DNA of 64,000 nucleotides from Setoptus koraiensis (Eukaryota; Animalia; Arthropoda): NCBI GenBank assembly GCA_048013815.1, contig CM106585.1, positions 19,158,001 to 19,222,000 of the forward strand, read 5' to 3'. Shown piece by piece: positions 51,742 to 64,000 of this stretch (position 1 is its first letter; each line of letters starts with the position of its first letter). The notes under the pieces were generated by a model. It saw only the letters and a program-made list of their open reading frames with translations, ran no database searches and was not told where the DNA came from. The position numbers and the translations under genes were made by a program.

Positions 51742-54700
51742 ATGTGCACTTCAAAAGCTCAGCTGGCTTGCCTATCAATTGGGTTGATAGGCTGTTTCCG
51801 CAAACTAGTTTTTCTTCACCATCTAGCGAAGCCATAGCGCACTTTTGTGTTTAGTTTTGTCTATCTAATATGTTTATCCAATCAGCGTCACTTGTCTTTG
51901 TTGTCCTTCTTTTTTCTCTCCGCAGTCTCTCTTTGCACGCCTTTGCTACACCTCACAACTGCATCTCAAGAGATCTCTTGCTACTATGTTTCTATGCGAG
52001 CCATTCTGTGTCTCCATTACTATCGTCCGAATAACTTTCCAACCAGTTGTTTTGACTGTACTATTGAGATGAAGATTTTGTGTGCGCTGGTATTTGGCAG
52101 TCACATATGTAATGGCCTATGCAACGGCAAAGAGATTAAGGACCGGCGAAAGGGCCCGGCTGGCCACAGATGTATCTGGTGGCATTTATAAAACATGACG
52201 GTGCAGTGTTGTGAATAATGCATAAGTATTATTGTGCCATTTCGGTTTACTTTTTTGCCAACATCATCACCGGCACACTGGCAACTGGCTGGCCGGCGGG
52301 GAGAATGGGAGAGGCGTCATGCTTCCGTTTCGAGTGTATGCAATAATAGAAAGGTTTGGCGGTTGCATATTGTATATACTTTTACAGAACTAGTTTCAAT
52401 TATTTAGATTGAATTCGTCCTGGCTCTATCTCTTGATCCTTTGTTGCCCGGTTTAGGCCTCTGTTTGCCGTTGTATGTACGTAATATGTTTTGTCGGCGT
52501 GTGATCACGTTCGTAATATCGCATATAAAGCAGGGGAGATATCACATGAAGCAGGCTGAATATAGCATAAAGAGTGGAACGAAATGAAAGAAATAGAGAG
52601 GCGTGTGTGTGTGTAATGATCAGCCATACAATGGGTCGTTATTGTTGTCACAAATTATCATTATTATAAATTGAATTTAGAGCACGCGCGCGCACCGCAT
52701 AACTATACGGAACTTGGGCGAACTTGAGGCGAGTTCTCTCAAGCCGGGGGGGGGGCGCGATCAGATTGAAGACAAGATGGCGCACTCAACGAGTTGAAGC
52801 GTGCAAATGCGTGTAAAAGCGGCCATCGATGTCCTGCCGTCCGAGCGAAAAGATTCGCCGGGGGAAAGGGAGGGCAGCAGCGAATGCAGTATCAGTGGCA
52901 TCACTTGATGGGCCTCGCGAGATGATTGTCGTGTTTCGGGTCTATGCAAACAGCGGCAGCATCGGCGGCGCTAGGGCAATTCGATTTAATGTGGACGTGT
53001 CACACACACAAAACACGCCGTTGTGTTCGTGTGTTGCCGTGTTAGAGATCGAATTAAATTGATAGACAATAGCAGTCACACACGGACACAACTTTTATTC
53101 GATCCTCCATCTTGGTATACGTGTCGATAGTTGCTGATTTAGCGAACACTTTTGTGTGTTTGCGCGCCAGAATCTGGTTGTTAGCTAACACAGCAGCGTT
53201 AACAGCGCTGTGTTGGCTGCAGCACACAATTGGGGAGCGAAACAGTGGGGCTGTAAATGGTGAGCCATTGACAGTGAATGATACGATTACACCCAACACC
53301 CTATACCAGCGCATGCAGCCGGTAACACATGCAGCATGCCCTGCAGTCTCGGCATCATGTCGACCGACATCAATTAGAGCCAGAGCGAGCGAGAGTGATA
53401 TTGTTGCCAATCCCTAAACGCTACGGTGGGCAGCAGTTGTCGGTTACCGAGCGGGGGCATGCAGCCAGTCGGCCGATAAGATACAGTCAGTGAGACTTGT
53501 TGTGCAGTTGCCAGTCCAACTGCCAGTGCAGCCACACAGAACAGAATTCGGCAAAAGGCTAACGCAATGCACTCAGGCAACAATGTGGTCTGCATGTCTG
53601 CCGATCGAACGTTGTTCGCCGCCCCGCTCTGCCCATGTGTGTGTGTGTGTGTAAGTGGGAGCGAAAGTCTGCTGCTGCTGCTGCTTGTTGTTGTCGTCGT
53701 TTACAAGGAACCTGCGCTCAACGAATGCTGCACTGCTCTCTCACCAGAGATTCGTCGTGTTTAGCGCTGTGCGCAAAATAAAGCACACGCTTGCAGTTAC
53801 AAGTTTGTAAGCTGGCACTCGCTAGCTAGCGTCAGACGAGAGAGCACATTTCGCTTTAGTTGGTTCGCACATTTAGACAAACATTCGCTCTCAAGCAACG
53901 GCCGCTAACATGACGACAGAGAAAGAGAGAACTATTTTATCTATTAGTTCGTTAGTTTGTTAGTTCGTTATTATCGAGAGAGAATCCATAATTCATCCCA
54001 GCAGTCGTCGTCGTCATCACTGTACCGACGCACACACACACACACTCACAAACATACTGACACACACAGCTAACAACCAGCGCCGGCCTTAGCTGAACAA
54101 ACAACAGGACAAATTCTGTTTAGTGATAATAAAGTTGACTAAATTATATTTCTCTCGCTGCTCCATCACTCAATTCTGATTGTTCATCAACTGTTATTAT
54201 ATTGCACAAAACCAGTGTCCTTACAACTCTCTTGCCCATAATGTGCTGTCGATGCGACTGTCGACAACAATAGTGTGCGCAAGAATCAATAATAGTCATC
54301 GCTTTTTATTTTATCATCATTGTCCCCGTCAGTGGCTAGCACTTTATTCTCTACTAAAAGTAATCTTAATCAAATGTGCTGTGTATGCTCAAGTGGCCGT
54401 GTTAGCCCGCCGTAATAGTAATAGGCACACGCCGTAACACACAATCGAACTGTAAAAGATCGAGTGCGGGAACGTGCGCGCAACGCGACAACATCAACAA
54501 CAATCACACAACAACAATTCGCTCATGATTTGCTGTTCACACTCTCATGTGACCAAAGTGACGAGCATCGCCTGTCGATAGCCTCACACGGTATATAGAC
54601 AATACAAGTCGAGTCAGTGCTCATCATCGCCTTCGTCACCGTCGGCTCATCAACACCTGAGGCCATATTAATTTCATGCGACGCCATTATAGGGTTAATT

Positions 54701-54815
54701 TAATTTTAATAAATAATTTAACAAGTCCTGACAGTTAGATACAAGATAGACGTCGTTGTTGGCTCAACGACAACCACATTAAAGCGCGCCAACGGCAACC
54801 GTTTTCGACCTCAAA

Positions 54816-57204
54816 ATGACAAGACTCACGGCGCCAGTTATGTGCTCAGCCATATCAAACTACGAAGACAATGATCTGTCCACATCAGAATACAATGGTT
54901 CATCCACCCTGACCCCTTCAACTACATACAATGGCATGGGCAGCAACGCAACAACCATCTCAAGCCAGTCTAGTCTCAGCAACTATGGCATTGGCGATTT
55001 CAATCAACAACAGTCAACTCATTTGACCAATTCGATTAATAACGACAATTTCAATAACAGCGATTTCATCCATAACAATAACAACACATACCATCAGCAT
55101 CAACAACATCAGCAGCAGCAGCAGCCTCACGGCAACGATACACCAACTCGTCAACAAACTGCAAACTATTATGGAGTGAATGATCTGAGAGAGGCCTCTT
55201 GGAGAAAACAGGCCATTACAAGTGGCGCCATGACTTGTGACTTTTATGGTGGCGCCGCCGGATCGACGACTAATGATCCAAGTCTACATTACAATAGCGA
55301 TGTAACAAATGTCACCACTCGGTGTCGCTATGGGTCACAAACTAGCGTATGCAACGACAAATTAGTGCAGCCAATTCATTCAATTGTTCCACCATACAAT
55401 TTACCTTTACCGAACAACCCAAACATTCAGACTAGCACGCGCACCTTGCCCAATACAGTGGGATTTTGTAGTGATTCACTAGATGATGTCAGCGGTGTAT
55501 TTGATCAGATGTCTATACAATCAGAGCTAATTACATCCTCACTAGCGCGACACCATTATGATAGTTTAGACAACAACAACAAATATTTCGAAACTCTATC
55601 TGCTGCAGAATCATTTAAGCCATCCAATGTGATAATGGACCAGCAGAATCAGCCCAGCACTCCATTGCCTAAACCAAATAGGATGAGAGATTCACCTCAT
55701 CTAACAAGGACCTACTCCATGATAGGACAATCAAGAAGGGGTCACGTAGATCTCGATAAATCTATGACGCTCAATCGGCATGAGAGAAGATTCATAACTC
55801 GAAACATAGCATCTGTTTTGAGTAAGCCTCGTCCACCACCCACCATTCCATCTATACCTCAATTGACACAGAACAATACTAGCTCGCCTCTCAATCAGCA
55901 CGACAAAGATTACATCAGAGACAGACTGGCCACACATTCCTACCAAGACTATCAACCTAACACCAGTCAAGACGCATACGCTGATGCTAGAGACTCTTCT
56001 TTCTTAAGCTGCGCCAGCCAACCAGTAAATCTCGACGATAGCCTGTCTGATTCTACTTCGCAAAAGAAGAAGCACAATGGTGGTGCCTTAGCAAACTTGG
56101 GCTCTAGAATTACACTTGCAACCAAGGGCAAAACTATGCAAAGTCAGATAGCTAATCTCAAAAAGTTTTTCTCCTCTGCACCTAAGCGCAAATCATTCAT
56201 CGGCGGCGATAAGAAAAGTTCCTTATTCGACACAACTGATGGAGACATATTCCTCAATAAGAGGTGCCCGAGTGCCGAAGCACTAACAAATGGTGGTACC
56301 ATTAAACCTGTGCCACCAAGCAATCTAGACAGAAGTAGTGTGTTCTCTTCATGTTCAGTTAAAGAGGATAGCTTCGACTACAAATCTTATACTCCGGCAC
56401 CATATTCCAACAGTTCTATGGAAGTTTCAGATAGAACCCCGTTGAACAGCAATTCCGCTAGATTGAACTACATTAAAGAACTACACAGACAATCTGGTGA
56501 ATTTGTCGTCAGTCAGAATAACCGCAAGTTGACTACATTATTTGAAGAGCAGCCTAGAAAATATCCACCACCGCCTAACTTTCGTGGCGAGTTCACTTAC
56601 ACTAACACAAGTCTCAGCCAATTTGACTCTACTGCCAAGTCTCCATATCAACCAGCTTCTCTTAGCTTCATGAATGTTAGTTCGGCTTTTTTTGAGGATA
56701 TCTTGTATTTTTCTCTACCTTTTTCGTTGTAGTTGTCGTTTTACTTCTATCCTACAATGATGTGAACAATTTACTAATCTCATAATCATAAATCACGTTT
56801 ATTTTTTTTTGTCCCATATATTACAGGGAAGTAGTGTGTCCGATCGTCCGGAGGAAAACTGCATACCCGCCGATAAGGTCGGAGATCACAACTTATCGAG
56901 TGAACTGGATGCCGACACGACACTTGTCTCTAACGTATTCGATTCATCGTATGAGAAAAAGGAAAACCAAAAACTCGCCAACAAAGTAGCAGAGCTGGAG
57001 CTCAAACTTCAATCCAAAGAGAAGTCCTGCACCGATTTACAACTGGAACAGCTCTCGGCGGCTTATATGATTGACCAGCTTAGATCTACCATCGAGAAGT
57101 TAGAGCAAGAGAATTCTCATCTAAAAGCAACACTCAGTCGATATCATCATTTGCAACCTGGAAATGCAGGATTCAATGGCTCTTTAAGAATAAACCAGGG
57201 GTGA
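54816..57204 (+). CDS. Low-complexity protein ending in a neuron navigator (NAV/UNC-53/Sickie)-type coiled coil, 745 aa, 2 exons
   Basis: join(54816..56675,56827..57204), phase-0 intron GTTAGT..TTACAG; CAAA-ATG start with in-frame TAA at 54780. VAELELKLQSKEKSCTDLQLEQLSAAYMIDQLRSTIEKLEQENSHLKA matches my recollection of NAV coiled coil 2 (V.EL...L.EKE.KLTDIRLEAL.SAH.LDQLR.T). AATAAA near 57365. Confidence 0.72.
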
Positions 57205-57537
57205 TACAGAGTTATTGCTGTGATACATATTATTATCATGATTCAATTATGATATCTGACCCAGTAGCCCGGATAAAAAAATTCAAATTGTCTTGATCAT
57301 GGGATTAGTATTAACTAGATTGTGACTGTGCGGACATCTTCACGCTCATATTATAGAAGATTTGAATAAATAAAGATAATTTGTGATAGTAGTTATTCAT
57401 TGACGGCGAAGCAATTTCAGTTTAGATGGGATTCATTATGAACCTGATAATTTTAATAATCATGAATTTTGGAAAATAAACATTCATTGGAAAAGTGATA
57501 AATCATATTATGTCGCATGATCAAAAAGTATTGGTAA

Positions 57538-58476
57538 CTATGTGGCTGCGCTCCAATCAATTATTTCAGTGTCCGGCTCAGGAGGTTTAATCTTCTGGCC
57601 AGGATATGTGTATTGACTGTGAAGGCTCAGTGGTTCGCTTATAAGAGCATGCCCATGCTCGCTTTCTGACTGCATCTCAACATCATCAGATTTCACACTG
57701 TAAGATAAAGAAAGGTTCAACATATTGAGTTTTTGAAATACGGCGATCTGAGTGCAAGGCCCAAGATGCTGAGAATCAGGTAGCAGGTGCCCAACTCCAT
57801 CTACCGCGAAGAAATAGTCTGGATATTGGTTGGCAATTTGGCTGCACCAGTCCTTGAATTCCGCTCTTGTCCATTCAAACTTGTGATCCCAATGACGCAG
57901 TTTAGTTTTGTCGTCACCAAAAAATAACGAGTTAAATTCACGATTAGGTGTCGTTATCACCACTAGTTTAGGCCTGTAGATACCGAATACAGTGTGCGGA
58001 ATTTTCGCAAGTACATCTGGCTCTAGATGCTCAATGACCTCAACCATGGTTATAACGTCCGAGTTTAAAAGTCTGCAATCAGGATTGGTTATATCTCCCT
58101 GGTAGACATTGACTCGAAGATCCTGCAGTGTTCCAGGTCTGCCAAACAGGAAATCCCACGGCAATGGCTGAGCATGATAGTGAGACTCATATTCCAGAAC
58201 GTTGTAATCAATTTCAACAAAGTTACAAACACTTAGGTGATTTACGCTCTTGAGCAGGGTCATTAAACGGCAATTACCTGAGCCAAGATCTGTGACGGAA
58301 TTAATATTTGTCTCCTTCTCTAACAATTTCATTATATATGTGTATCGTTGCATGGACAAGGGTGGATTGAAAACTCGCTTGCTCTTAGTTTGATAAGTAT
58401 CCTGAGGTTTTCCCTTGTCGGCTATGTCACACATGGCATGGTTGGAAGCAATGTCGTTTGGTCCTTCGCATATCAT
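57538..58476 (-). CDS. HENMT1: Small RNA 2'-O-methyltransferase HEN1, intronless, 312 aa
   Basis: FNPPLSMQRY (FxPP), SAM-binding DLGSG, EVIEH, TTPNREFN, LRHWDHKFEWTRAEF, GPCTQIAVF. Confidence 0.96.
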   Translation of the reverse strand: MICEGPNDIASNHAMCDIADKGKPQDTYQTKSKRVFNPPLSMQRYTYIMKLLEKETNINSVTDLGSGNCRLMTLLKSVNHLSVCNFVEIDYNVLEYESHYHAQPLPWDFLFGRPGTLQDLRVNVYQGDITNPDCRLLNSDVITMVEVIEHLEPDVLAKIPHTVFGIYRPKLVVITTPNREFNSLFFGDDKTKLRHWDHKFEWTRAEFKDWCSQIANQYPDYFFAVDGVGHLLPDSQHLGPCTQIAVFQKLNMLNLSLSYSVKSDDVEMQSESEHGHALISEPLSLHSQYTYPGQKIKPPEPDTEIIDWSAAT

Positions 58477-59559
58477 GATGCAATAATCAATAAATGAGAT
58501 CCTTGTTAAATAGTGTTATATGGTGATAATGAATTGGCAATGTTGGAATGTTATACAAAATAGTTGATGGATAAATAATCCAAATAATAGCAATGAGCGA
58601 AGTGTGTTGTGAATATCCGTGACATGCCTGACAACTGTGAGTATCGGAGGCCCTCTGGACTTGAGTGTTTGCTAGGTCAGTGAATTTTAGCCTTGAAATT
58701 GAGCCATTGTTGCATGTTGCTTTGCAAATGGCCCAGAACAGTGCACTGGTCGTGCGTACATGATAATCATAAAATACCGAGAGTATTGTTGTTGTTTCGG
58801 GTAGAGGGCGTAACTTTCCCGGAGTTGATTGTTGATAGAGAAAGCATCAGCAAGACCGATGAAAGCCGCGACTCGCGAGCAAAATTGGCGGATCGGACAA
58901 AAAGCACGCACAGCACACACGCTGTAAAAATGGGTTGATGTGGTGCGTGTGCGGCGCGCGTCGGTCATCCGCGTTGGTCGGCGAGCCAGCTTTGTCGCAG
59001 CGCAAGGTCGCTAGCACTTGACGATGGCCGCTGCGAAAACATGTGCATGTCGTAAACAAGTGCGCAGCTCCGCATGGCGCGTCCTGAACGAAGAGGGCGT
59101 GCCCGGCGCTTGGGCATTCCCCAAACGAGCAGGCGATCAGCTGCTGTCGCGGGCAGGCTTCAAGCGTGTGCAATCTGTGCGGTTTTACATTGTATTGGCA
59201 GCGTATTCGCCCGCGGATTTGGCGCGCAAACTAGATGCGGTCACCGCGGAATCACTCTAGATCCAGGCACTTTTGCGTTGACATCGTCAGTGGATATATT
59301 TTCACATTCATGATGGACCTCACCTTCAATTGGTTACCAATGGCCAACGGTCGTTGTTTGGAACGTCCTGCCAGAAAAACAGCGACGAGATGGATACTTT
59401 TCCATTAAATGCATTGGACCGATCATCGGATGCAAGATTTTTCAACCAACTCGGGAGCGACTTTCGATGAGTCTGCCGAAACTAACAAGACTTCTGAAAC
59501 GATTATTTATAAAATAGCGAGGCTCGCTCTGAATGGTTGCAAGGCACAAAATGACATGA

Positions 59560-60230
59560 ACTATCTGGATGGAGGCATGGGTAGTAATGATACGATTCGA
59601 AAATGGATCAAAGCAGTTCAGCACTATATTGATATTTACTCTGCTGCAAGATGTGGTGCAAAAAACTAAAGACAGAAATGAAAGCTAAACGATAAACAAA
59701 TATGCACTCCGGACTCGGCCAGACGGCGCTGCAGATGAACGACCCCAGATATTCTATCTGGCGGATAAAATTGACCACTTCGATGCGGGCCTCAAATGTT
59801 TCACGCAATCAAGAAATCCTGCTGACGGGTTGCCGAAGCGTCCGCTAGACACATCAAAATGTCCCATCGCTCAATATATCAATGTTTCCGTTTTTCTATA
59901 CTATTCAGCTGGGAATCATCGATATCGGTTTGTATGGACGACATTTGTACTCGTCGTCAGACAAAATTTGTCGGATTTGAATGCGATGGGCTAGGAATTG
60001 GCACAAAATCATCCAACTGTATGCTTCCACTTTTGGTCAATAGATGGCCCAGCCTATTGCGCAAGGTGAGTCAAGCAAGGCCGGACTCAGGTAACTTAAG
60101 TGGAGAGTGGTCAAAGGTGTAGCGCACTTTCAGATGAGCCAGTTCTTCCTCATTCCCTACAGGTTCTTTCTGTTGTGGCTTGCAAAATCATTAGGTTGGC
60201 CAGCGTTAAACCAGCTCAAGTGGAAGCGCC
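59560..60230 (+). mobile_element. Possible highly decayed Ty3/gypsy-like reverse-transcriptase relic
   Basis: Fragments in different frames, in roughly the expected order: WVVMIRFENGSKQF, TINKYALRTRPD, VCMDDIC (YxDD-like), YRFF..AKSLGWPALNQL. Many stops and frameshifts; weak. Confidence 0.2.
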
Positions 60231-61126
60231 GATGCAGCATAACTAAAACATGTCCTCCTCATGTTTCAATATCACAACCATATTATTCGTTCGTATAGCC
60301 AGCAAGCAGACTGCAGACATAGTACACAGGCATAAAAAATCACAAACAAAACGTAGAGAAAAGCTGCAAAAGAAGTTTAAGACTGGACGAGATAATGACC
60401 TTCACACGACGTCTACCTGTTGCAAACTAGCTCCTTCTCTCATTCTTTGCTTCATTTACCTCGTCGGACTTCTCTCTCTCTGCCTTATCAACTTTATCTC
60501 CAGCGTCATTGTTTGGCCTATCCAACAACGTCCGAAAAACAAGCTTCTACATTTTCGATTGGTCGCAACATTTTATATGGTAGCGTTGAGTTAGTGGCGT
60601 GAGTTGAGCCGAGCTGCTGCTATGCTATAGGCTATGTGTATGTAGCTGGCCACAGTATGTTGTAGTTATAGCAACAACCACCCTGACCGTCGAAAAACAT
60701 TTGCCTCTAGCTCCGCCGAATCTTTTCATCTATCTTTTTGTCCACACACACTCACACAAACACACCTGAACTTCTTTGACACTGCTTCTTTCAGTATTTT
60801 CGGATCGGATCGGATGCTGATGTGTACACGTTTGTTTGCATAGAAGTGTAGATGTGTGTAGCAATAGTGCTAAGTTAACCAATCGAGATAATAGACAACT
60901 AAAGAAATTACACTAATTGAAATAGCAACAGCAAGCATATCGCGCTCATATTGAGGCAGTCAAACAATTTACTCACTGATAATAGTCTGAAAGTCTCTTT
61001 AATCCCAGGAAAAGGCTTAATCAAGCGGAAGTGCTCAACGCAATCAGCAAACACAATATAACAAAGAAGGAGATAATTTTCCCTCTCTTTGATTAGAAAA
61101 GTCAATCCAACGAATCACAAATCAAA

Positions 61127-62788
61127 ATGTTCAAGTTACTGGCAGTGATTGTTACACTATTAGCTTGCTCAGTAGCACTCACAAATGCACAATATAACCG
61201 TCCATCGTTACCCGGTATTGTTAGCATAATCAGATTCCAAAATACCGCCTGTAGCAACGAAAATCAAGAATCAGGAACATGTTTAGCCGACGCTGAATGT
61301 ACCAGAAGAGCAGGTATCAATATTGGTTCGTGTGCAAACGGATACGGAGCTTGTTGTTCGTTCAAGGTGAGTGAAACCTTTCCTTTAATTTAGGCCTGCA
61401 ATCTAAACACACAGTGCGAGCTTATAATGTGATTAGATTAGACTAATTACAACAAATACTACGATCAAAACAACTGGACAGATGAATAAACAATCATCGT
61501 TGCCACCAATTTGACTGAATAAACTAATTAATGATGATGCAATAATGACATTACTTAATAACATCACTATCACACTTATAGTTCACATGCGGAGGTACCA
61601 CAAACCAAAATGAGACAGTCTTTGTCAATCCAAACTATCCAAAGGGCGAGAACGGCACTGACACCTGTCAAGTGACCATTGAAAAAGCAACCAATGTCTG
61701 CCAATTGAGACTAGGTGAGTTCATCGACACACAATATCCGCCATTACATAACTTAATAAACTAATTCAAATAGAATAATGTTCAAAATTTAAATTTGAAT
61801 TTGAATCACCAAATCAACACCACCAAACGAACAGATTTCGAGGAATTCACTCTGGCCCAACCAGATGAGAACGGTCTGTGTACAACTGATTCGTTTATGG
61901 TGAGAACAACCGTCGGAGAAAGATTGCCAATCTTGTGTGGAGACAATGCCGGACAACACAGTAAGTTATCTGACATGCCACTCTTTCTCAACCTCAACCA
62001 AGCAAACATCACATTTTTGTAGCATTAGATATATAACATTGATGATTATTTTGCCGTTTTCTTTTGCCAATAATTGAATAACAGTCTACATTGATATGGG
62101 TCGTGGTAGCGCCAATCCTGTTGTACTATCGGTTGTGTCTAACGGCGAAAGAATCACCAGAAGATGGAAGATCAAGATCAACATGATCAATTGTAACAAC
62201 TTAGATATGGCTCCATCCGGATGTATGCAATACTTCAGAAAGCCATCTGAGGTCATTAAGAGTTTCAATTTCGGTTCTCGCATTGAAGGTAGAGCAAGAT
62301 ATTTGTCTAATCTGAGGTATACCTCATGTATTAGAGTTGAAGAGAATTTCTGCGCCATTAAGTGGGAAACTGAGACTCTACAATCGTTCAGCTTTGGTGC
62401 CCCATTCGAAGGTAAGCTCTCAGACGCATTTTCAAAAATTCAAATCTAATAGCTTCATATATTTCAACGTTCGACTAACATACCATTTCTCTCTCTTTCT
62501 TTTTTCGTTGCCAATTAAGCAGCTGGAAACTTGACTGAACTTGGTGGATCAACCGGTGGCATGTGTAATGCAGATGATTTCATTGGTGTCGACCAGGGTA
62601 GCAATGACGGTATTGGGCCAGGCGAAGACAGATTTTGTGGTACTAAACTGTTGGAATCCAATGTAATCATCTCCAGATCGAAACCATTCCAACTAAAGGT
62701 CAGATCGAATGCCGATCAGACACAAAATGCCCTCAATAGCCAAGTAGGATTCTCGCTACGATATGTACAACTACCGTGTGTCATCTAG
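61127..62788 (+). CDS. Secreted arthropod CUB-domain protein, about 363 aa, 5 exons
   Basis: join(61127..61366,61582..61714,61835..61960,62085..62411,62523..62788), phases 0/1/1/1 consistent. Signal peptide; Cys-rich N-domain IIRFQNTAC..GTC..EC....G...GSCANGYGACC; CUB-like FVNPNYP..CQVTI..CQLRLDFEEFTL..C..D..CG.N.GQHIY; second module GCMQYF..YLSNLRYTSCIR..FCG. Confidence 0.9.
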
Positions 62789-63661
62789 TGATTGAATAGT
62801 CTGTGGCATGTAACAAAACCAACCTATTATCCCACAACAGTTTATTTTTGTCAGCGGTATGTCTATATGATCATATAGTTGGAATAAGTCATATCTATGT
62901 CCACGCATACGGATAAATTATATTGATTAAAAACTAAAAATCTAGACCAATGTCATGTCATCTAGATGAAAGATGCCAATCACGTTGGTTAGCAACTATT
63001 TATTCCAAACACACTCACAACACCAATGATCGCACATTAACCACCAGAGTATCATCTTAGTCCGTGAGACTATTTATTTATTACTGAGCTCATCATTTTT
63101 CGCCATGATCATTTTATCGTGGGCAAAATAATCAATGGCCTAAATGACAGCAAACAATAACGAGAAGAGAAAGAAAAAAGATAAACTCCACGCAACACAA
63201 TGGACGACTCACTCATTGTAAACAATAAAATTCCTCAACTTCAAGTTGATACAAACAGTCTAAAACTATTCTTTACTTATGTCAATCAATGTTCTTCAAT
63301 GATTTGCTAGTTTCTATCTACATTTATTCGATCTCATGTTATCTTTTCGGAGTTTTGTGCTCTAGACTGTAGTGTTAGTGCTCCTCTTCAACCTAGAATA
63401 GGGGACGCCACTCAAAACGGTCTAAGTACATCTTTGTATGTTCTTTTGTTGGTTAATTGTGTTATTTGTCGGCCCATTGAGTCGATCATGATCAACAACA
63501 CAGCACTCACAGGTGAAACAACTCGTCGAATTGGGCAAACTAAAAAAAGAAGAGCAACAAAGAATTTGCTCTAAATTTTGCTGCCGACCATTGCTCAGCA
63601 GTAATTGCATACAACTAACTGTTTTTTATTTGTTATTGATCACTGATAATGTTGCCTGGTT

Positions 63662-63663
<2 letters not shown>

Positions 63664-63718
<55 letters not shown>
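63664..63718. repeat. (TG)n microsatellite
   Basis: Direct reading, about 27 units. Confidence 0.95.
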
Positions 63719-63719
<1 letters not shown>

Positions 63720-64000
63720 GTGGATACCGCGGTACAACCTTATATGTTATACAACAACAACGACAACAGGTAAAATTGATGCGAAAGAAGACTTGTAAAC
63801 TTGTTATGCAACCTCCAGTTACCTGTTGTCGTTGTTTGGCATTGTTGAGCTCGATTTTTCACCGGCCAACCACTCAGATTGGTCTCACCAATTGACTATT
63901 GCAGCGAAGGCAGCAGCAGCAGCCACAGCAAAGATTATTTAGGTGATAGCTGAGCAGATGTTTTATTTGTTGGTCACTATTAATAGTTCAGTCATGCTGT

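Noticed and set aside
59668-60190. Minus-strand frame of about 170 codons interrupted only by TGA (possible code-4 insert)
   Set aside because: By rough estimate several such stretches are expected by chance across six frames; the translation has no recognisable motif.
1-64000. CRISPR arrays, tRNA, rRNA, snRNA, known miRNAs, intact transposons
   Set aside because: Tandem repeats have no unique spacers and the DNA is eukaryotic; no such RNA gene or intact transposase/pol ORF was recognised by eye. tRNAscan and Rfam scans were not possible.

Overview
Eukaryotic (arthropod) genomic DNA with spliceosomal introns and abundant CAA/GA/TG microsatellites. The compact layout, short introns, intronless genes and poly-Q/poly-N proteins fit an acariform mite such as an eriophyoid gall/rust mite (inference, not verified). 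Gene order: a very large KCNQ (Kv7) K+ channel gene (about 5.5-18.5 kb, +); then a 12-kb AT-richer cluster of small, mostly secreted-protein genes: CAP/GAPR-1-like (+), a gustatory-receptor-like 7TM gene (+), two-domain saposin-like gene A (-), trypsin-like protease 1 (+), saposin-like gene B (+), trypsin-like protease 2 (-) and a 5'-truncated protease pseudogene (-). After that come a long low-complexity coding region (36.0-40.6 kb, +), a gene ending in a neuron-navigator/UNC-53-type coiled coil with no AAA+ domain in view (54.8-57.2 kb, +), intronless HEN1 small-RNA methyltransferase (-) and a secreted CUB-domain gene (+). The best candidate for an undescribed system is the secreted cluster. 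The two saposin genes lie in about 1.7-kb inverted repeats enclosing protease 1, and they are nearly identical in introns and signal peptide but strongly diverged in two short coding patches, as expected for diversifying lipid/membrane-active effectors with co-clustered processing proteases. All gene models were assembled by eye from splice consensus and reading phase; no database search was possible.
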